From positions 1 to 64,000 of the forward strand of contig NIVC01002455.1 of NCBI GenBank assembly GCA_002269645.1: DNA of 64,000 nt, in the 5' to 3' direction. Each line of letters begins with the position of its first letter. Position 1 is the stretch's first letter. Made by a program: the position numbers and the translations under genes. The notes beneath the pieces were generated by a model that saw only the letters and a list, made by a program, of their open reading frames with translations, searched no databases and was not told where the DNA came from. Of this stretch, positions 24,301 through 37,300 are shown piece after piece. This DNA comes from Macrostomum lignano. Taxonomy: Eukaryota.

Positions 24301-26245
24301 CAGCAACAGCTCCAATCTCGACCTGACACTCAGCAACAGCTCCAATCTCAACCTGACACTCAGCAACAGCTCCAATCTCAACCTGACACTCAGCAACAGC
24401 TCCAATCTCAACCTGACACTCAGCAACAGCTCCAATCTCAACCTGGCTCTCAGCAACAGCTCCAGTCTCAACCTGACACTCAGCAACAGCTCCAATCTCA
24501 ACCTGGCACTCAGCAACAGCTCCAATCTCAACCTGATACTCAGCAACAGCTCCAATCTCAACCTGATACTCAGCAACAGCTCCAATCTCAACCTGACACT
24601 CAGCAACAGCTCCAATCTCGACCTGACACTCAGCAACAGCTCCAATCTCGACCTGACACTCAGCAACAGCTCCAATCTCAACCTGACACTCAGCAACAGC
24701 TCCAATCTCAACCTGATACTCAGCAACAGCTCCAATCTCAACCTGACACTCAGCAACAGCTCCAATCTCAACCTGACACTCAGCAACAGCTCCAATCTCA
24801 ACCTGATACTCAGCAACAGCTCCAATCTCAACCTGACACTCAGCAACAGCTCCAATCTCAACCTGACACTCAGCAACAGCTCCAATCCTCAGTTGGAAGT
24901 CTGCAACAGTTTCTATTCTATCCTAGTTTAACACTGAACAGCAGCTGCAGCTGCGACCAAAACCAACTTCCTAACGCCCAACTCGACTTTCAGACCGTCT
25001 CAGCAGACGGCAAACACCACCATGCGTCGGAATTGCTACGAGCAGGCGGTGAACCTGGTCGCTGCTCGTTGCGTGACGAACCCGCTGGTTTCGCCCAACT
25101 GGCAGAGACAACGCAGCGGCGGAGGCGATCCCGCGGACGATCCACCGCCAGGATTTGGTGGCCCGAGAGTGTTTTATATCCGTCAGAAACGGCCAAGGCC
25201 CATGACTCCACTGAAGGTGACTTAGAAAGGGGAGGACTTGCATAATATTCGGTCTACTTTTCAAGTTGTATGTCAGTTCAGAATTGTCACTGACTCAATT
25301 GCACCAAAAAGTGTGCGCAGAAATTGCACTTCTTCTGTGCCAGTGCTTTTGAATTACGGTTGTTTAGTATTCTCACACAAAACGGAAGCAGAATTTGCAC
25401 ATGCATAAGGACTATGGTTCGTTACGTTCGTGACGTTCGTTAGTACTCAAACATTCACGCTTAGATTGAAAGTGCTGAAGACTTTTTTATCCATATTTAT
25501 TCTACTGAGTTAAATGGCGTTCCCGCAGGCCTGGGCTGGTTACCATGGCAACGTCTACTTCAGCCCCCTGCGCATCCGCCGATCCGAGTTCGCGCACCCG
25601 GACTCGCAGCTCTCCCTGCCCTCCCTGCCTGCCTGCAGCGGCCGCCTGCAGCAAGTTCTTGAGTCCAGCCGACTCAACGCCGAGCACCTTCTTCACCTGC
25701 GCGCCCGGTTGGACGCCGCTGCGATGAAGCGAAGGCTGCCTCCACGACGCGCGGCCGTCCTCGGCGGTCAGTCGTCCGGACAGCAGCCGCTGGTGCAGCT
25801 GGACCGAGCCTACCTGGCATCCAGGGCCGCCTCCAGGCAGCAGGGACCTGACGGGCCCGAGACAGCCGGCGGCTCCATGTCAGTCAGTCGTGATGTGCAC
25901 CTGTACCGCAGCGCTCACGCCACTGGCACTCTGCAATTCCAGAACCAGCAGCTCCATGAGCAGCCGCAGCAGTTCGAGCTCGAGCCGCAACCAACAGCTG
26001 GTCGAGTCTATCGGGGCAGCGTCAGCAGGAAGCTGCGCGACCTCCGTCTGACGAGATCAACGGAGACGTCAACAAAATCTCCGACTGGGTCGCAGCGGCA
26101 GCAGCAGCTGCGCCAAGCGCACAACAACTCGATGGTGAGCCTCGATCGAGGAGAGATCGACCGGCTGTACGACCAGCTGCCGTCACTGATGGCCAGCGTG
26201 CCTCGGTCGCAGGCACGGCAGTTTCAGAGTGGAACAGATCGTTAA
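21353..26245 (+). CDS. Putative orphan three-exon gene for a Pro/Gln/Ser-rich, probably disordered protein (exons 21353-~21728/21821, ~24942-25216, 25529-26245)
   Basis: Three GC-rich coding-like blocks. The exon 2 donor (aag|gtgact) and exon 3 acceptor (cccgcag|gcc) are both phase 0. The exon 1 donor is uncertain, with two phase-1 candidates. No recognisable domain. Confidence 0.5.
21871..24888. repeat. 30-bp minisatellite (tcagcaacagctccaatctcaacctgacac), ~100 units, in the putative first intron
   Basis: Two main variants (ctcaacctg and cctaaaatg) are interspersed. There is a single 1-nt deletion near 23046. Confidence 0.98.
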
Positions 26246-26942
26246 CAACAGGCTTCAATGATGTCTTCGCTGATTTCTATTTAACAAATGTATGCACACT
26301 TGTTAAAACGATGCTAAATTACTTGTAATTCAAGCATTAAAAACTCTAACGAAATCAAAAATAAAATCTGGCCAAGAATTTTACTATTTTTAATCTATTT
26401 AGAAGAATTGTCGACACGAGGTCTCCCATTAAGCCATCACAAAGTAAATGTAAACCCAAAAAAGCAGATTGCATTTAGGAAGGGCTGGGTTAAAATTATT
26501 CGGAATTAAGTCATGCCGTTGCCATACTACAGTAGGATAGATTTCTGCCAGCTCAGCTCTTGAGCAGTCTTGGGGACTTCTCAAAATCCGGATTTCTCTT
26601 CCTCAGCCTTCCTGGGTTTCCCTCGCCCCCAGCAAAATTGCTAGCAAAAAGCAAGGAGGCAGTGAAGCAGTGAGAGCAGAAATTTTATGCGTCTCTGCGT
26701 GGGAGCAAGGGGGTTGGGGCTGGGAGAACAAGAGGGGGAGAACGCGGCAACAGCGGAAGAAGATTTAATCCCCGCAATCCCCATTTGCATGTCCGATCCC
26801 TTATCCGGGGGGGGGAGGGACGCAGAAAAAACCGAGATACAATAAAACTGGTGGGATTCTTTGCGTCAAATAGAAAAATTTCTGCAAAAGAAGAAAATCC
26901 GCTTTTGAAATAATTGTTTTGCCAACAATTAAGTCCCAGAGT

Positions 26943-29900
26943 ATGCAGCTATCGAATGCCGTCAGTGGCGAGTCTCGAACTGAGGGAGACGATGAGCGAC
27001 ATCAGCTGCAGGTCAGAGGTGCCCAGCAGCCTGAGAAGTACACAGAGGAGCGAAGGTAACCATAGGAAGGTCTTGAGCTGATGGTTTTACCAGAGACTAT
27101 TGAGTCCGCTTTTATGCGCCTTCTTTCAGAACCTCCGCTGTGGCAGACTCCGCTGCTGAACCCTCGTACCCCGACCCTGACGATGACGGCAACGAATTTC
27201 AGTTCGAAGGTGGCCGACCAACTCAGCCGATGCCAAAGCGCCTGATTCTGCCGCTGAACATCTCCTTTCTGGGGTTGAACCTCATGTTCCTGCTGCTGTC
27301 CGTTGAAGGTAATGGTTTTTGCTGCAGTCAGAACTTGAAGGATACTACGTTCCCAGACAGTACAATCTACCAGATCCACTAAACCAGAAGCCCGCAACAA
27401 TCAACTATCGTAAAGAGACACAAATAGTGGACACCACGAAGCTAACTGGACACAAGCAGGTGTAAAAAGACACAGACACCACGAAGCTAACTGGGCACAA
27501 GCAGGTGTAAAAAGACACAGACACCACGAAGCTAACTGGGCACAAGCAGGTGTAAAAAGACACAGACACCACGAGGCTAACTGGGCACAAGCAGGTGTAA
27601 AAAGGACACAGACACCACAAAGCTAACTGGACACAAGCAGGTGTAAAAAGACACAGACACCACGAAGCTTACTGGACACAAGCAGGTGTAAAAAGACACA
27701 GACACCACGAAGCTTACTGGACACAAGCAGGTGTAAAAAAAGACACAGACACCACGAAGCTTACTGGACACAAGCAGATGTAAAAAAGGCACAGACACCA
27801 CGAAGCTAACTGGACACAAGCAGGTGTAAAAAAAGGACACAGACACCATGAAGCTAACTGGACACAAGCAGGTGTAAAAAAGACAGACACCACGAAGCTA
27901 ACTGGACACAAGCAGGTGTAAAACAGACAGACACAGAAATATATTAAACAAAATCAGATAAAGAGAAGAAGCAGACGGCACGAGGCTTGTTAGACACAAT
28001 ATTGCACCGCAGTAGAATCAGATGCTAAAGGAACAACTATGCGGGCTAATATAGAAAAATTAAGTTTCCAGGCAATCAAAAATGTAATCGAAGAAATTCC
28101 TTTGAACTTCATCAAAACGCTGCAGTGATCCCAGCGCAGGTGCAGTCGATGGTCGGCTCAGGCAGCAAAGGCAGCGTCCTTGGCGGCATGGTGGCCGGCG
28201 GCGCCCTTCTAACGCTGCTCTGTGGCCCGCTAGTCGGAATGAAAAGTGACCGACTGGCCACCCGGTTCGGCAGACGGCGTCCCATCATGGTTGTGTCAAC
28301 TCTGTGCTTGTGGTAAGATGGGGCTGACGTCACTGCCACGTTATTGCCAAAGAGATCAGAAGAAAGATCTTTGCAGTCTGAACGATAAGTGATGCTTCAG
28401 AGCTGATCCTTTGATCTTTAAGGTTATTACGAGCTAAGAATTCCCTAAACACTCACAAGCACTCGGATACTTGCACAAGTACACACGCACAATTAAGGTG
28501 GACGGCAGCCTCTGACTTTATAATCATCAGGGCAGTGCTCGTACGCTCGTACATACACACACTGTATCTGTCTAGGGAGGGTGACTCATAGCTCATAAGG
28601 ACGTGAAAAGTAGTGTCCTTGCACAAAATTGCACACAGTATTGAACCCATGTGCGAACGAGGTACACGAAAGCAAAAAACAACCGTCTTATAGGCTGCTC
28701 GGACACATTGGCGGAAAAAATAGTTTTAGGCTAGTAACAGAGATTAATAGCAACAGTCACAAAATGATTATTTCAGCATCGGTCTACTTGGCATGGCGTT
28801 TAGCGCGCCACAAGTTCACTTGTAAGTACACCATTACTAGTACTTTCTGTGTATAAAACGTTAAAAAGCAATAAAACAGTATTGAATTTGGCTTCCGAAT
28901 TTCAGCAAAAAGATCTCTGTGGGCACGAACGGAAGTCAAAATTTGGACGAAAACGGAATGGTTAGTTTTCTCATAAAATTAAGAAAAAAATTATTGAGAA
29001 TTTTGTCTTAAATATTCGTGTCATCATTCTACAATGGACCATTTCAACTTTAACCGCAGTGCAATGTTGACTTGGTGGCTGCCAGGTGCAGACCTTACTA
29101 CCAAGGCAACGGGTCCTATCAGAATCCGTACCTGAAAGACTTCCACGAGAAGAAGCTGTCGTTGGACGCCAAAGACGCCAGTGTCGATGTGGATGACAAC
29201 ACGCTGAGTGGAAGTTTGGGTGAGTGGCAGGGTTGGACCTCAGGTGTGAATCGCATGGCCGCGGACGGGAATTGAACCCAAGTACACTATGTAAGATTAT
29301 TTTGGTGTAGAGTAAGACGCGTCAAAACTGATCTACTCTGCTTCCCCGCTCTTATAGTCTGCAGATGTTCTTTTAAACAGGGATCTAAATGATAAATCGT
29401 AATTGAAATTAATCCACCAATTTTTAGGTCTTTTTATACCGTTCTATTTCGTGGTCACAGTGTCCTACGTGTGCACCATCACTCCGTACAATGCGCTGAT
29501 AGCGGACTTGGCCCACCCGTCGCAGAGAGGTAAGCAAAAGTATCCAGAAATCATCAATCAAGCCATCGATTGATGTCAGATTTTTCTTGCGCACGCAACT
29601 GGCGTTCGTGCATTCGTCTTTTGATTTGATTGATTTAAACTGATAAATTAACGAGCCTAATCAGGGTTTTACAGTTTGTAAGTAACTTTACCAGTGTAAA
29701 ACTTACAATGTCCCACGAATCTTATCTTCACTTCTACAGGCCTCAGCTCTGGCGTGATGGGTGGAATGATTTTGTTAGGCAACATCTCCGGAGCTGCTAT
29801 CGGAATATTTCTAACTGTGAGTGCTCACAGTCACCTCCGATTTGCTATGAATTAACCAAGAAATTTTAACACAATTTCAGTCCCTGGGCGTTGTCCGAAT

Positions 29901-32243
29901 CTACTTTATAATCATCTGCATCCTGGTTCTGTGCGTCGCCATCACTGTACTGTCAGTCGACGAGCCTCCGTCGAAAGATTTCCACGAGCCGTTGCGTGAG
30001 TTCTGTGCGAATTAGGGAAATTGCTACTGCTGGATGAGTAGTGAGTTGAAACCTTATTGCTCTAAATTTTAGGTTGCAAAGACGTGCTCGTCGGCTTCTG
30101 GTTACCTCTGGAGGGTAAGAAATAAAGAAATAATTACCGAGACTATACAGGCTTAACAACTTGTTGCGCATTTTTTTAATATTCAGAGCCAGACTTTCGA
30201 TGGGTCTTCATTACGCGCTTCCTAATGCAACAAGGATTGTCAACCACCGTGGGGTACGTTGCAGCTTGCTTACGACTAATATAAAATTCGAACATGGGAA
30301 CGGGTGTTAATTAATACGACACACGTACGCTCGTATATAGCGCTTTGTATATTTCATGTAGTTAGTTTAGGCTACACGAGAAGGATACTCGTAGCAGAAT
30401 GACTTGAAAACCGTGAAAATGAAAATTTAGATAAACTTGAAAACATCCAACATCCAACTACATGCTTTATTTCCAATTGTAGGCAACTTTGTTTAAATTG
30501 ACTTTGATTTTGAACTTTCTAAACGCCACGCTACACTGCTACCCCGCAGCTTCCTGGAGTACTGGCTGGCGGACATGGTCAACCTGCCGCAGTGCTGGAA
30601 CCCCACCAAAGGCGTCTCCATGCTGCTGATTCCGTTACTGGTCACCGCAGCCTTGTCGTAAGTCATAAATCATAAATCAGTTATCAGTTACAGTTGATGC
30701 CTGAATGGTCTGCTCTCGGCCCGATGTAGAGGTCAGTTCGGCTTGTACCAAGATCGACCTCGTTTCTTAATAAATCGTTGAAAGCTTGATACACTCAAAA
30801 CTACAGAAACTTTCATTTTCATGCATAAAAATAGCGTTTGTGTTGATTGGAAGCAAGTAACTGATTAATTAATATCATTTTACTGCTTATTTGAATGATT
30901 CTTCACTATTGAGCGGCGCATCTGAAGGCTGCGTACGGCTGTTCAGTCAAAGGACTGGGGGGTCGCCACACACACTCTCAATTACCCCAGCTAATACTGG
31001 CACCCATTTTACAGCTGGGTGAACTGAGGCAATTGCAGAGTTAAGTGTGTGGCTCAAGGACGCATTGTTCCAGTGGCATCGAGAATCGAACCCTCGACCT
31101 TTAAGTCGAGTGTCCGACGCTCTAAACAGCAGGCTACAACCCCTGCTCTCCCGGTTCTTTGGTTCAAAGAAGAAACCAAATAAAAATCATGCTGTCTAGA
31201 CTTTTATCCTAAAATTTTAGTAAATGAAAACACAAATAGAAGCAATAAAACAAGCAAGTCGTGTTAAAAAGATGCCAGATCAGAGAATAAAAATCGACTT
31301 GTTACTGCTTTAAAAAATTAAAGCACCTGTACGTAAGTCATCCTTGGTTTGAGTTAATGTCTTGAGTAGAAACATTAGGCCTACTACCATAGGACAGTGT
31401 CCCTCCCTGATCTCCCCCCGCCAGCTCCGTCTGTTGCGGCCTCTTATCCGACCGCATCGGCCGTCGCAAGCCGCTGATCGTGACCGGCTCCGTCCTGATG
31501 GGCTGCTGCTCGGCCTTGCTGGCCGGCCTCCGCGGCCAACTGGCCTTCTACGTGGCCACGGCGGTGGCTGTCGTGTTCGGATTCTCGTTCGGGGCCTACC
31601 AGGCCGTGGACTTCGCCCTGCTGATGGACGTGCTACCGGATGACAACGACAAGTCTAGGGACATTGCCGTGTGGCAGCAGGTTGGGCGCTGATCCTGTCT
31701 GATCCTGCAAAATGTTCCGTGAAAAACACATTTTTAAGAACCACTAGGAGGTAGCTAAGTGAAATGTGACCCCTAGCCAACCGTGTGTTTTGTCTGGAGA
31801 ATAAGTAAGAATGTATGAAAATTTTATTCGTTGGTTCCTCAATTTTCTTCGTCACTCTTAAATGGCCGCCTTTAGTTCTCGTAAATAGAGGGTTAAATAG
31901 AAGTTCCATTTGCATCTACCTCTTCCTCATTCAGCGAGACAAAACTTGCAGTTGTCTATGGCCAAAGCTCAATAATCGCATAGAGAGTTTTAGACGATTG
32001 GGCATCAGTGCTCTATGCAATTCCAGTATTTGCATACTCGATAACCTGAATGCACCCCCTTTTCTCACTCAGGCGCTGGTCCTGCCCCAGGCTCTGGCGG
32101 TGCCAATTGGCGGGGTCATTCTCGACGCATTCGAGAGGCTGAACTGTGCCGCCGGTCTTGGCTACATCATCTTGTTCTCCGTGACTGCGGTGTACTTTGT
32201 ACTTAGCGGCGTGTTTGTGTCCAGAATTCGGCGAGCCAAATGA
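26943..32243 (+). CDS. Major facilitator superfamily transporter, 14 exons, 558 aa (26943-27055, 27130-27308, 28126-28312, 28777-28821, 28906-28960, 29060-29219, 29428-29529, 29740-29816, 29881-29995, 30073-30114, 30187-30253, 30550-30657, 31425-31680, 32073-32243)
   Basis: MFS motif A occurs in both halves (GMKSDRLATRFGRRRP; GLLSDRIGRRKP), plus PYNALIADLAHPSQRG, DFRWVFITRFL and AYQAVDFALLMDVLP. All 13 introns are GT-AG and phase-compatible, and the exons sum to 1677 nt. Confidence 0.88.
27430..27932. repeat. ~45-bp minisatellite in MFS intron 2 (gacaccacgaagctaactggacacaagcaggtgtaaaaagacaca), ~11 units
   Basis: Direct reading. Confidence 0.93.
30905..31143 (-). mobile_element. tRNA-derived CORE-like SINE, longer copy, antisense in MFS intron 12
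   Basis: Reverse complement reads ggggttgtagcc...ggttcgattctc...gtccttgagccacacacttaactctgcaattgcctcagttcacccagctgtaaaatggg, then a ~100-nt 3' tail. It matches 10515-10659. Confidence 0.8.
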
Positions 32244-34391
32244 ACTACTGCAATTGCCGACTGAGGCTTTAGAAGTCGAGCAGCTACGCTATATTTTGCA
32301 TAGGCTCATTCACCACTCATATCTAAAGTTTGAGAATGAGCTTTTGGAGCAGTCAACCTGCAAAATACTGTTGTGTTCTCCAGACAAAACTCGCTGATAT
32401 TCGCTTTTTGAATAACGTTAAATTGGGTTTTACGATATACATACTTGATTTATTTGTAACTATGAAGTCAGCAGGGATCGCAATTCAAATGTCTGAAACT
32501 TACAAAATCCTTGACAATTGTTTCTATTTACAGGGTCTCAAATGCCTTGAGTCCATGCACCCTAGACTTCTCATTTTTCTGTATTTTACTTTTTATTCAC
32601 CACTGCTATGCATAAAAGCTACGAAATCATGCCTAAGAATGCTCATACTATTTTGTAATTCTAAGAACTAATACGTTTACGAAATGGTTCTGGGGATCTT
32701 TCTGTTGTAACTGTTAAAAGTACATTCGAAAGTACGTGGTTTGTATTGGAAAATTTGAAAATGTCCTGCTATCGAGCCTTCTCTGTATGCATTTGTGAAC
32801 AAAACTGTTAATTCAAGAGCTAACGATCCTGTCGTCCTTAAGTTCGAGAGAAAAGACAAGTAACGGTATCCAAAGTGTTTGATTTATCGGCTCAAACGAG
32901 TCTCTCAAGCCATGCAAACCGTGGGAACGTCAACGTTGTCCGAAAATGTGAGCAGATCAATACTGGCGAATCCCTCTATTAAGGACCGGGAATGAGTGTC
33001 ATACAGATATACATACAACACGTCAGTTTTAGTATATTGAGAGAGCCATCATCTTTTTCTGATCATGATGACTACATGCAGTTTGGACATTTTTGTCAAT
33101 TGTAATTAAGGGCCTTGACAAGCCTAGAAGTAGGTTTTTTTATCCAACTCATTGCAGAATCGGTGTCACTTGCATTTCTTGGCCTTTCTCACTTCAGATG
33201 GAGTTGCGGGCGGCTTGTTGAAAAAGCTCCATGCCCCTCCGGATTCCGGTTTTCATAGCATCAATTCGGTGATGGCTTTTGGCCTTCCGCCTGAGATTCC
33301 CCAGCTCCGAGTTCTACCACGGTCTTGTCTTTGTAGGGACAGACAGGGCAGGCTGCGATGCAGCCCTTCAAGCGTCTTGGCCATTTGATGAACTTCCTCG
33401 CAGGTTTCAACCTTGAGTTCAATTCATGCAGGGTGCATATATCAAAGGTACATGTAACTACGTATCGCGCCGTTAAGTGTTGATTTTTAGGCAGATTTGA
33501 CGCAAAAAACGCAAATTATACTACTATCTGAAAATGAAGTAAGTAGTATACAAAAACGCTATCCTAAGCGTGATTCAATATGTAGTTGTAATAATCCATG
33601 TGCTCATATTAATTCCATGTACATTAATCCCTATCTATCTCAAATTGTACATTAATTCCATGTACATTAATCCCTATCTATCTCAAATTGTACATTAATT
33701 CCATGTACATTAATCCCTATCCCAAATTGTCCATCCCCAATTCTATATGTACATGTGCATTAATCTACAGTGTCATCCCCAGCGCGCGCGCGCACCAAAA
33801 TTACAACTCGAAACCCTACTATATGTACAGTGTACAATCTCATCTACTACTACCAAATGAGTCAACTAATTGTGTAGCCTACAACGTAAATGTATATTTC
33901 CAATGTACATTTCTCAGACATTTGAATAATACGGGTCGGAGTCTATATGTACATCGATAGCCTCTATACTCATATCCGCTACATACCCCAAAAATTAGGT
34001 ATGTACATTTCCACCCTCGGAGAATGTAGGTTTGAATATGCTGATAATTTATTCGAAATCACTTATAAAATACACATACTTTCATATAGAGGCGGGCCTG
34101 TACAAACTCTCGCCAAGCGATGGGGTGGAGGTTGCGTCATCCAAGCCTCTCCCCAAGTCTGCCCCCCAAATACAAGACTGTGTTGAAGCAGTGCTTTATA
34201 TTTCTATTGACAGTGGGTATGATACAAGAAGCTTCGTCGCGCTTTAATTACAGTAAACCATCCCCTCGAAGCTCCTATACTGAATGCTGAATCACCCTTT
34301 AACTCGGACCATAGTCAAATTCAACCGTGTTCGAAAACAGCCACCCCTCCGATGTTCACCAGACTCGTCTTCACAGCGCAGACCCATAGCA

Positions 34392-37300
34392 TATCGAGCT
34401 AAATTTTAACACTCGCCCCTGTTCTCTCTGTCCCCCTTCTAAATGCCAAGGAATTTCAACCCTCTCTCCATTTTTCAGTGTACAGACAGATCTTTCCACA
34501 GCACCGATCCCTATATTAAACTTCATTCAGCAAAACCCCTCTCTTCTCCGATTACGTCATCCATGCCGCCCCAGATAGCAAGAATGCACACATCAACCCC
34601 ACGAATCTGAGCAAATCCGAGTCCACCAACCTCTACCAGCATTGACAAACCCCAGATGCATTTGTAAATGTACACAGCCTATGAATCAGTGTCTCCACCG
34701 CATGCAATTCTGATTTACTTGATCTAAACTTTGTAAATAGTATAAGTCACCCTTGCGTTATACTAGAAGTAGTGAAGTCCACAAATTTAAATACGTGAGG
34801 CTATTCAATTCTGCTTCTCCGCCTCCCCTGCCTCTCACTTCAAGCTTTCAGATTTGGTCTTTGAGACGGTTTAATCTGTTAGAAGCAGGAATGAATCATG
34901 CACTGACCTCTCCATACAAAGTAAAGTTGGAATTTCAGACAAGAAATTAGGTTATTTTAAAAGCTAAATGACTAGAAATGCACATTTTTTTCATTAAAAT
35001 GCAGCTTTTCACCGTTTTTTTACGATTTTAACCTTAAAATGCAGACTTTATTGATCAAAATCAGTAGTTTCATCACTAGAAACCATACTTTCAACAGCTA
35101 ATTTGTCCAAATGTCGCTTTCAACTTGACCTTAGACAGCTTTTAAGCAGGAATGAACCCCACACAAACATCCACAAGCCAGCCCAAAATCATCCAAAGAC
35201 ATGGCTATTGAAGCCTAAATTGCTAGAAATGCGCATTTTTTCATAAGAAAATACAATTTTTACAGTTTTTATGCATTTTTTACGTTAAAATGCAGATTTT
35301 ATTGATCAAAATCAGTAGTTTCATCACTAGAAACCATACTTTCAACAACTAATTTGTCCAAATGTCGCTTTCAACTTGACCTTAGACAGCGTTTAAGCAG
35401 GAATGAACCCCACACAAACATACACAAGCTAGCCCAAAATCATCCAAAGACATGGCTATTGAAGCCTAAATTGCTAGAAATGAGCATTTTTTCCTAAGAA
35501 ATACAAATTTTCACAGTTTTTACGCATTTTTTACGTTAAAATGCAGACTTTATTGATCAAAATCAGTAGTTTCATCACTAAAAACCACAATTTTAACACA
35601 AAATTATCACAAATGCTACTTCTGGAACTCTGAGACAGCTTTGAGCAGGAATTATAATCGCACACGGATTACCCGAGCCAGTCCAATTTCCACTAAAGCC
35701 ATGGTTTTTTAAAGCTAATTCTTAGAATTTCTCATTCTTTCGTTTAATAAAGGCCAATTTTCACAGTTTTATTATTTTCTAACGTTAAAATGCGAAATGC
35801 GAATTGATCAAACTTAGTAGTTTCATCCCAAAAGCCATAATTTCAACCGCTAATTTGTCCAAATGCTGATTTCAAAGTTGGCAAGAGACAGCTTTCGAGC
35901 AGGAATGAGTCACACACTGATCTCCATATGCACACCCCGGCCCAAGTTGGAATTCCACCCAAGACATTTTCATTGAAAACTAAATTACTAGAAATTGCAC
36001 ATTTTCGTTTTAAAAAGGTCAATTTTCACAGTTTTTACTCTTTTTAACGTTAAAATGCTGACTTTATTGAACAAAATTAATCACTTCATCAGCAGAAACC
36101 ATAATTTTTACAACTTAATGCTGTTTCATCATTCAAATGTATGTATTTGGTACGTGTAATACCCCTCAAGAAGTCAGGGAAGGGATTATTCTTGAATATT
36201 GGGTTAAAACCTACAGTTTGCTATAAACCTAGCTATAATAATTTTAACATATACAGTCGGCGAAGCGGCCCGTTGATTTCGATTGACATTTAAACTGTCC
36301 CTCCCAGACCTCTCTCTCTCTCCTTCTGCACCCACCGAGAAAAGTGACTCATGCGGCAATCAGCTGGACAGGTTTAGTGTATTACTGAATTGGCAAAACA
36401 GCCAACACCCAATGGTCATATTAGACTCGTCTTCACAGCACAGACCCATGTAGAACAGAACCACTCGTCCCTGTCTCTCTGACCTTACCATTTCTAACTG
36501 TCAAGGAATTCCGACCCTCCCTCTCCAATTTCAGTGTACAAACAGATATTTTCACAGCACAGACTCATATATTGAGCCTCCTCCAACCAAAACCCTATCT
36601 TGATTACGTCATCCACCTCCCCCATAGAAGCAGTTAGCAAGAAACAAAATTTTTCGATGCACATATGAACACTGTGGACCATGCAAAATCGCACATCTAC
36701 GGGTCGATTTTGATTGACAATTTAATACCCTTTGTTGATGCTGCTGTGTACAGTAGTCTTATTTCCGAAGCTCCTAGCAGTCATCTTTTAGATGTGGTGA
36801 ATCAGTGTTGTTTTTGCCAACTTTACATCTTGATTCATCCTCCAAATTCTTCAACTCTGACCATATTCAATAATTTAACCCATGCAAGTAGATTTGCCAA
36901 TTCGCCAAATTAGCCAATACGAATGGGGCCAGAGGACCCACCCAAATCGAGCCCTTGTCTCTCTCAGGCCTCTCTCTCCTACACATACCCCAGAAAAGTG
37001 ACTCATGAGGCAATCAGTTTAACAGGTTCAGTATACTGAATTGGCAAAACAGCAAACACCCAATGGTCAATGGACTCGTCTTCGCAGCACAGACCATTTT
37101 GAATAAAGCCAAAACACACATACACCCCTATTCTCTGACCAAACCTTTCCATTTCTAGTTGTCAACGAAATTCGACCGGCCTCTCTCTCAATCCCAATGT
37201 ACATTTTGACGAAGCAAGCAGATCTTTTCACAGCACGGACCCAGCCTCCCCCAACCAAAGCCCTATCTCTGATTACGTCATCTATACATCCCCATAGAAG

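Noticed and set aside
33100-33456. Gene interrupted by the fold-back insertion (joined to 59571-59950)
   Set aside because: Rejoining the flanks gives stops in all frames near the junction and no recognisable protein.
33457-33470. CACTA/EnSpm terminus
   Set aside because: The ends read ACTAC without the diagnostic first C, and the duplication is 6 bp rather than 2-3 bp.
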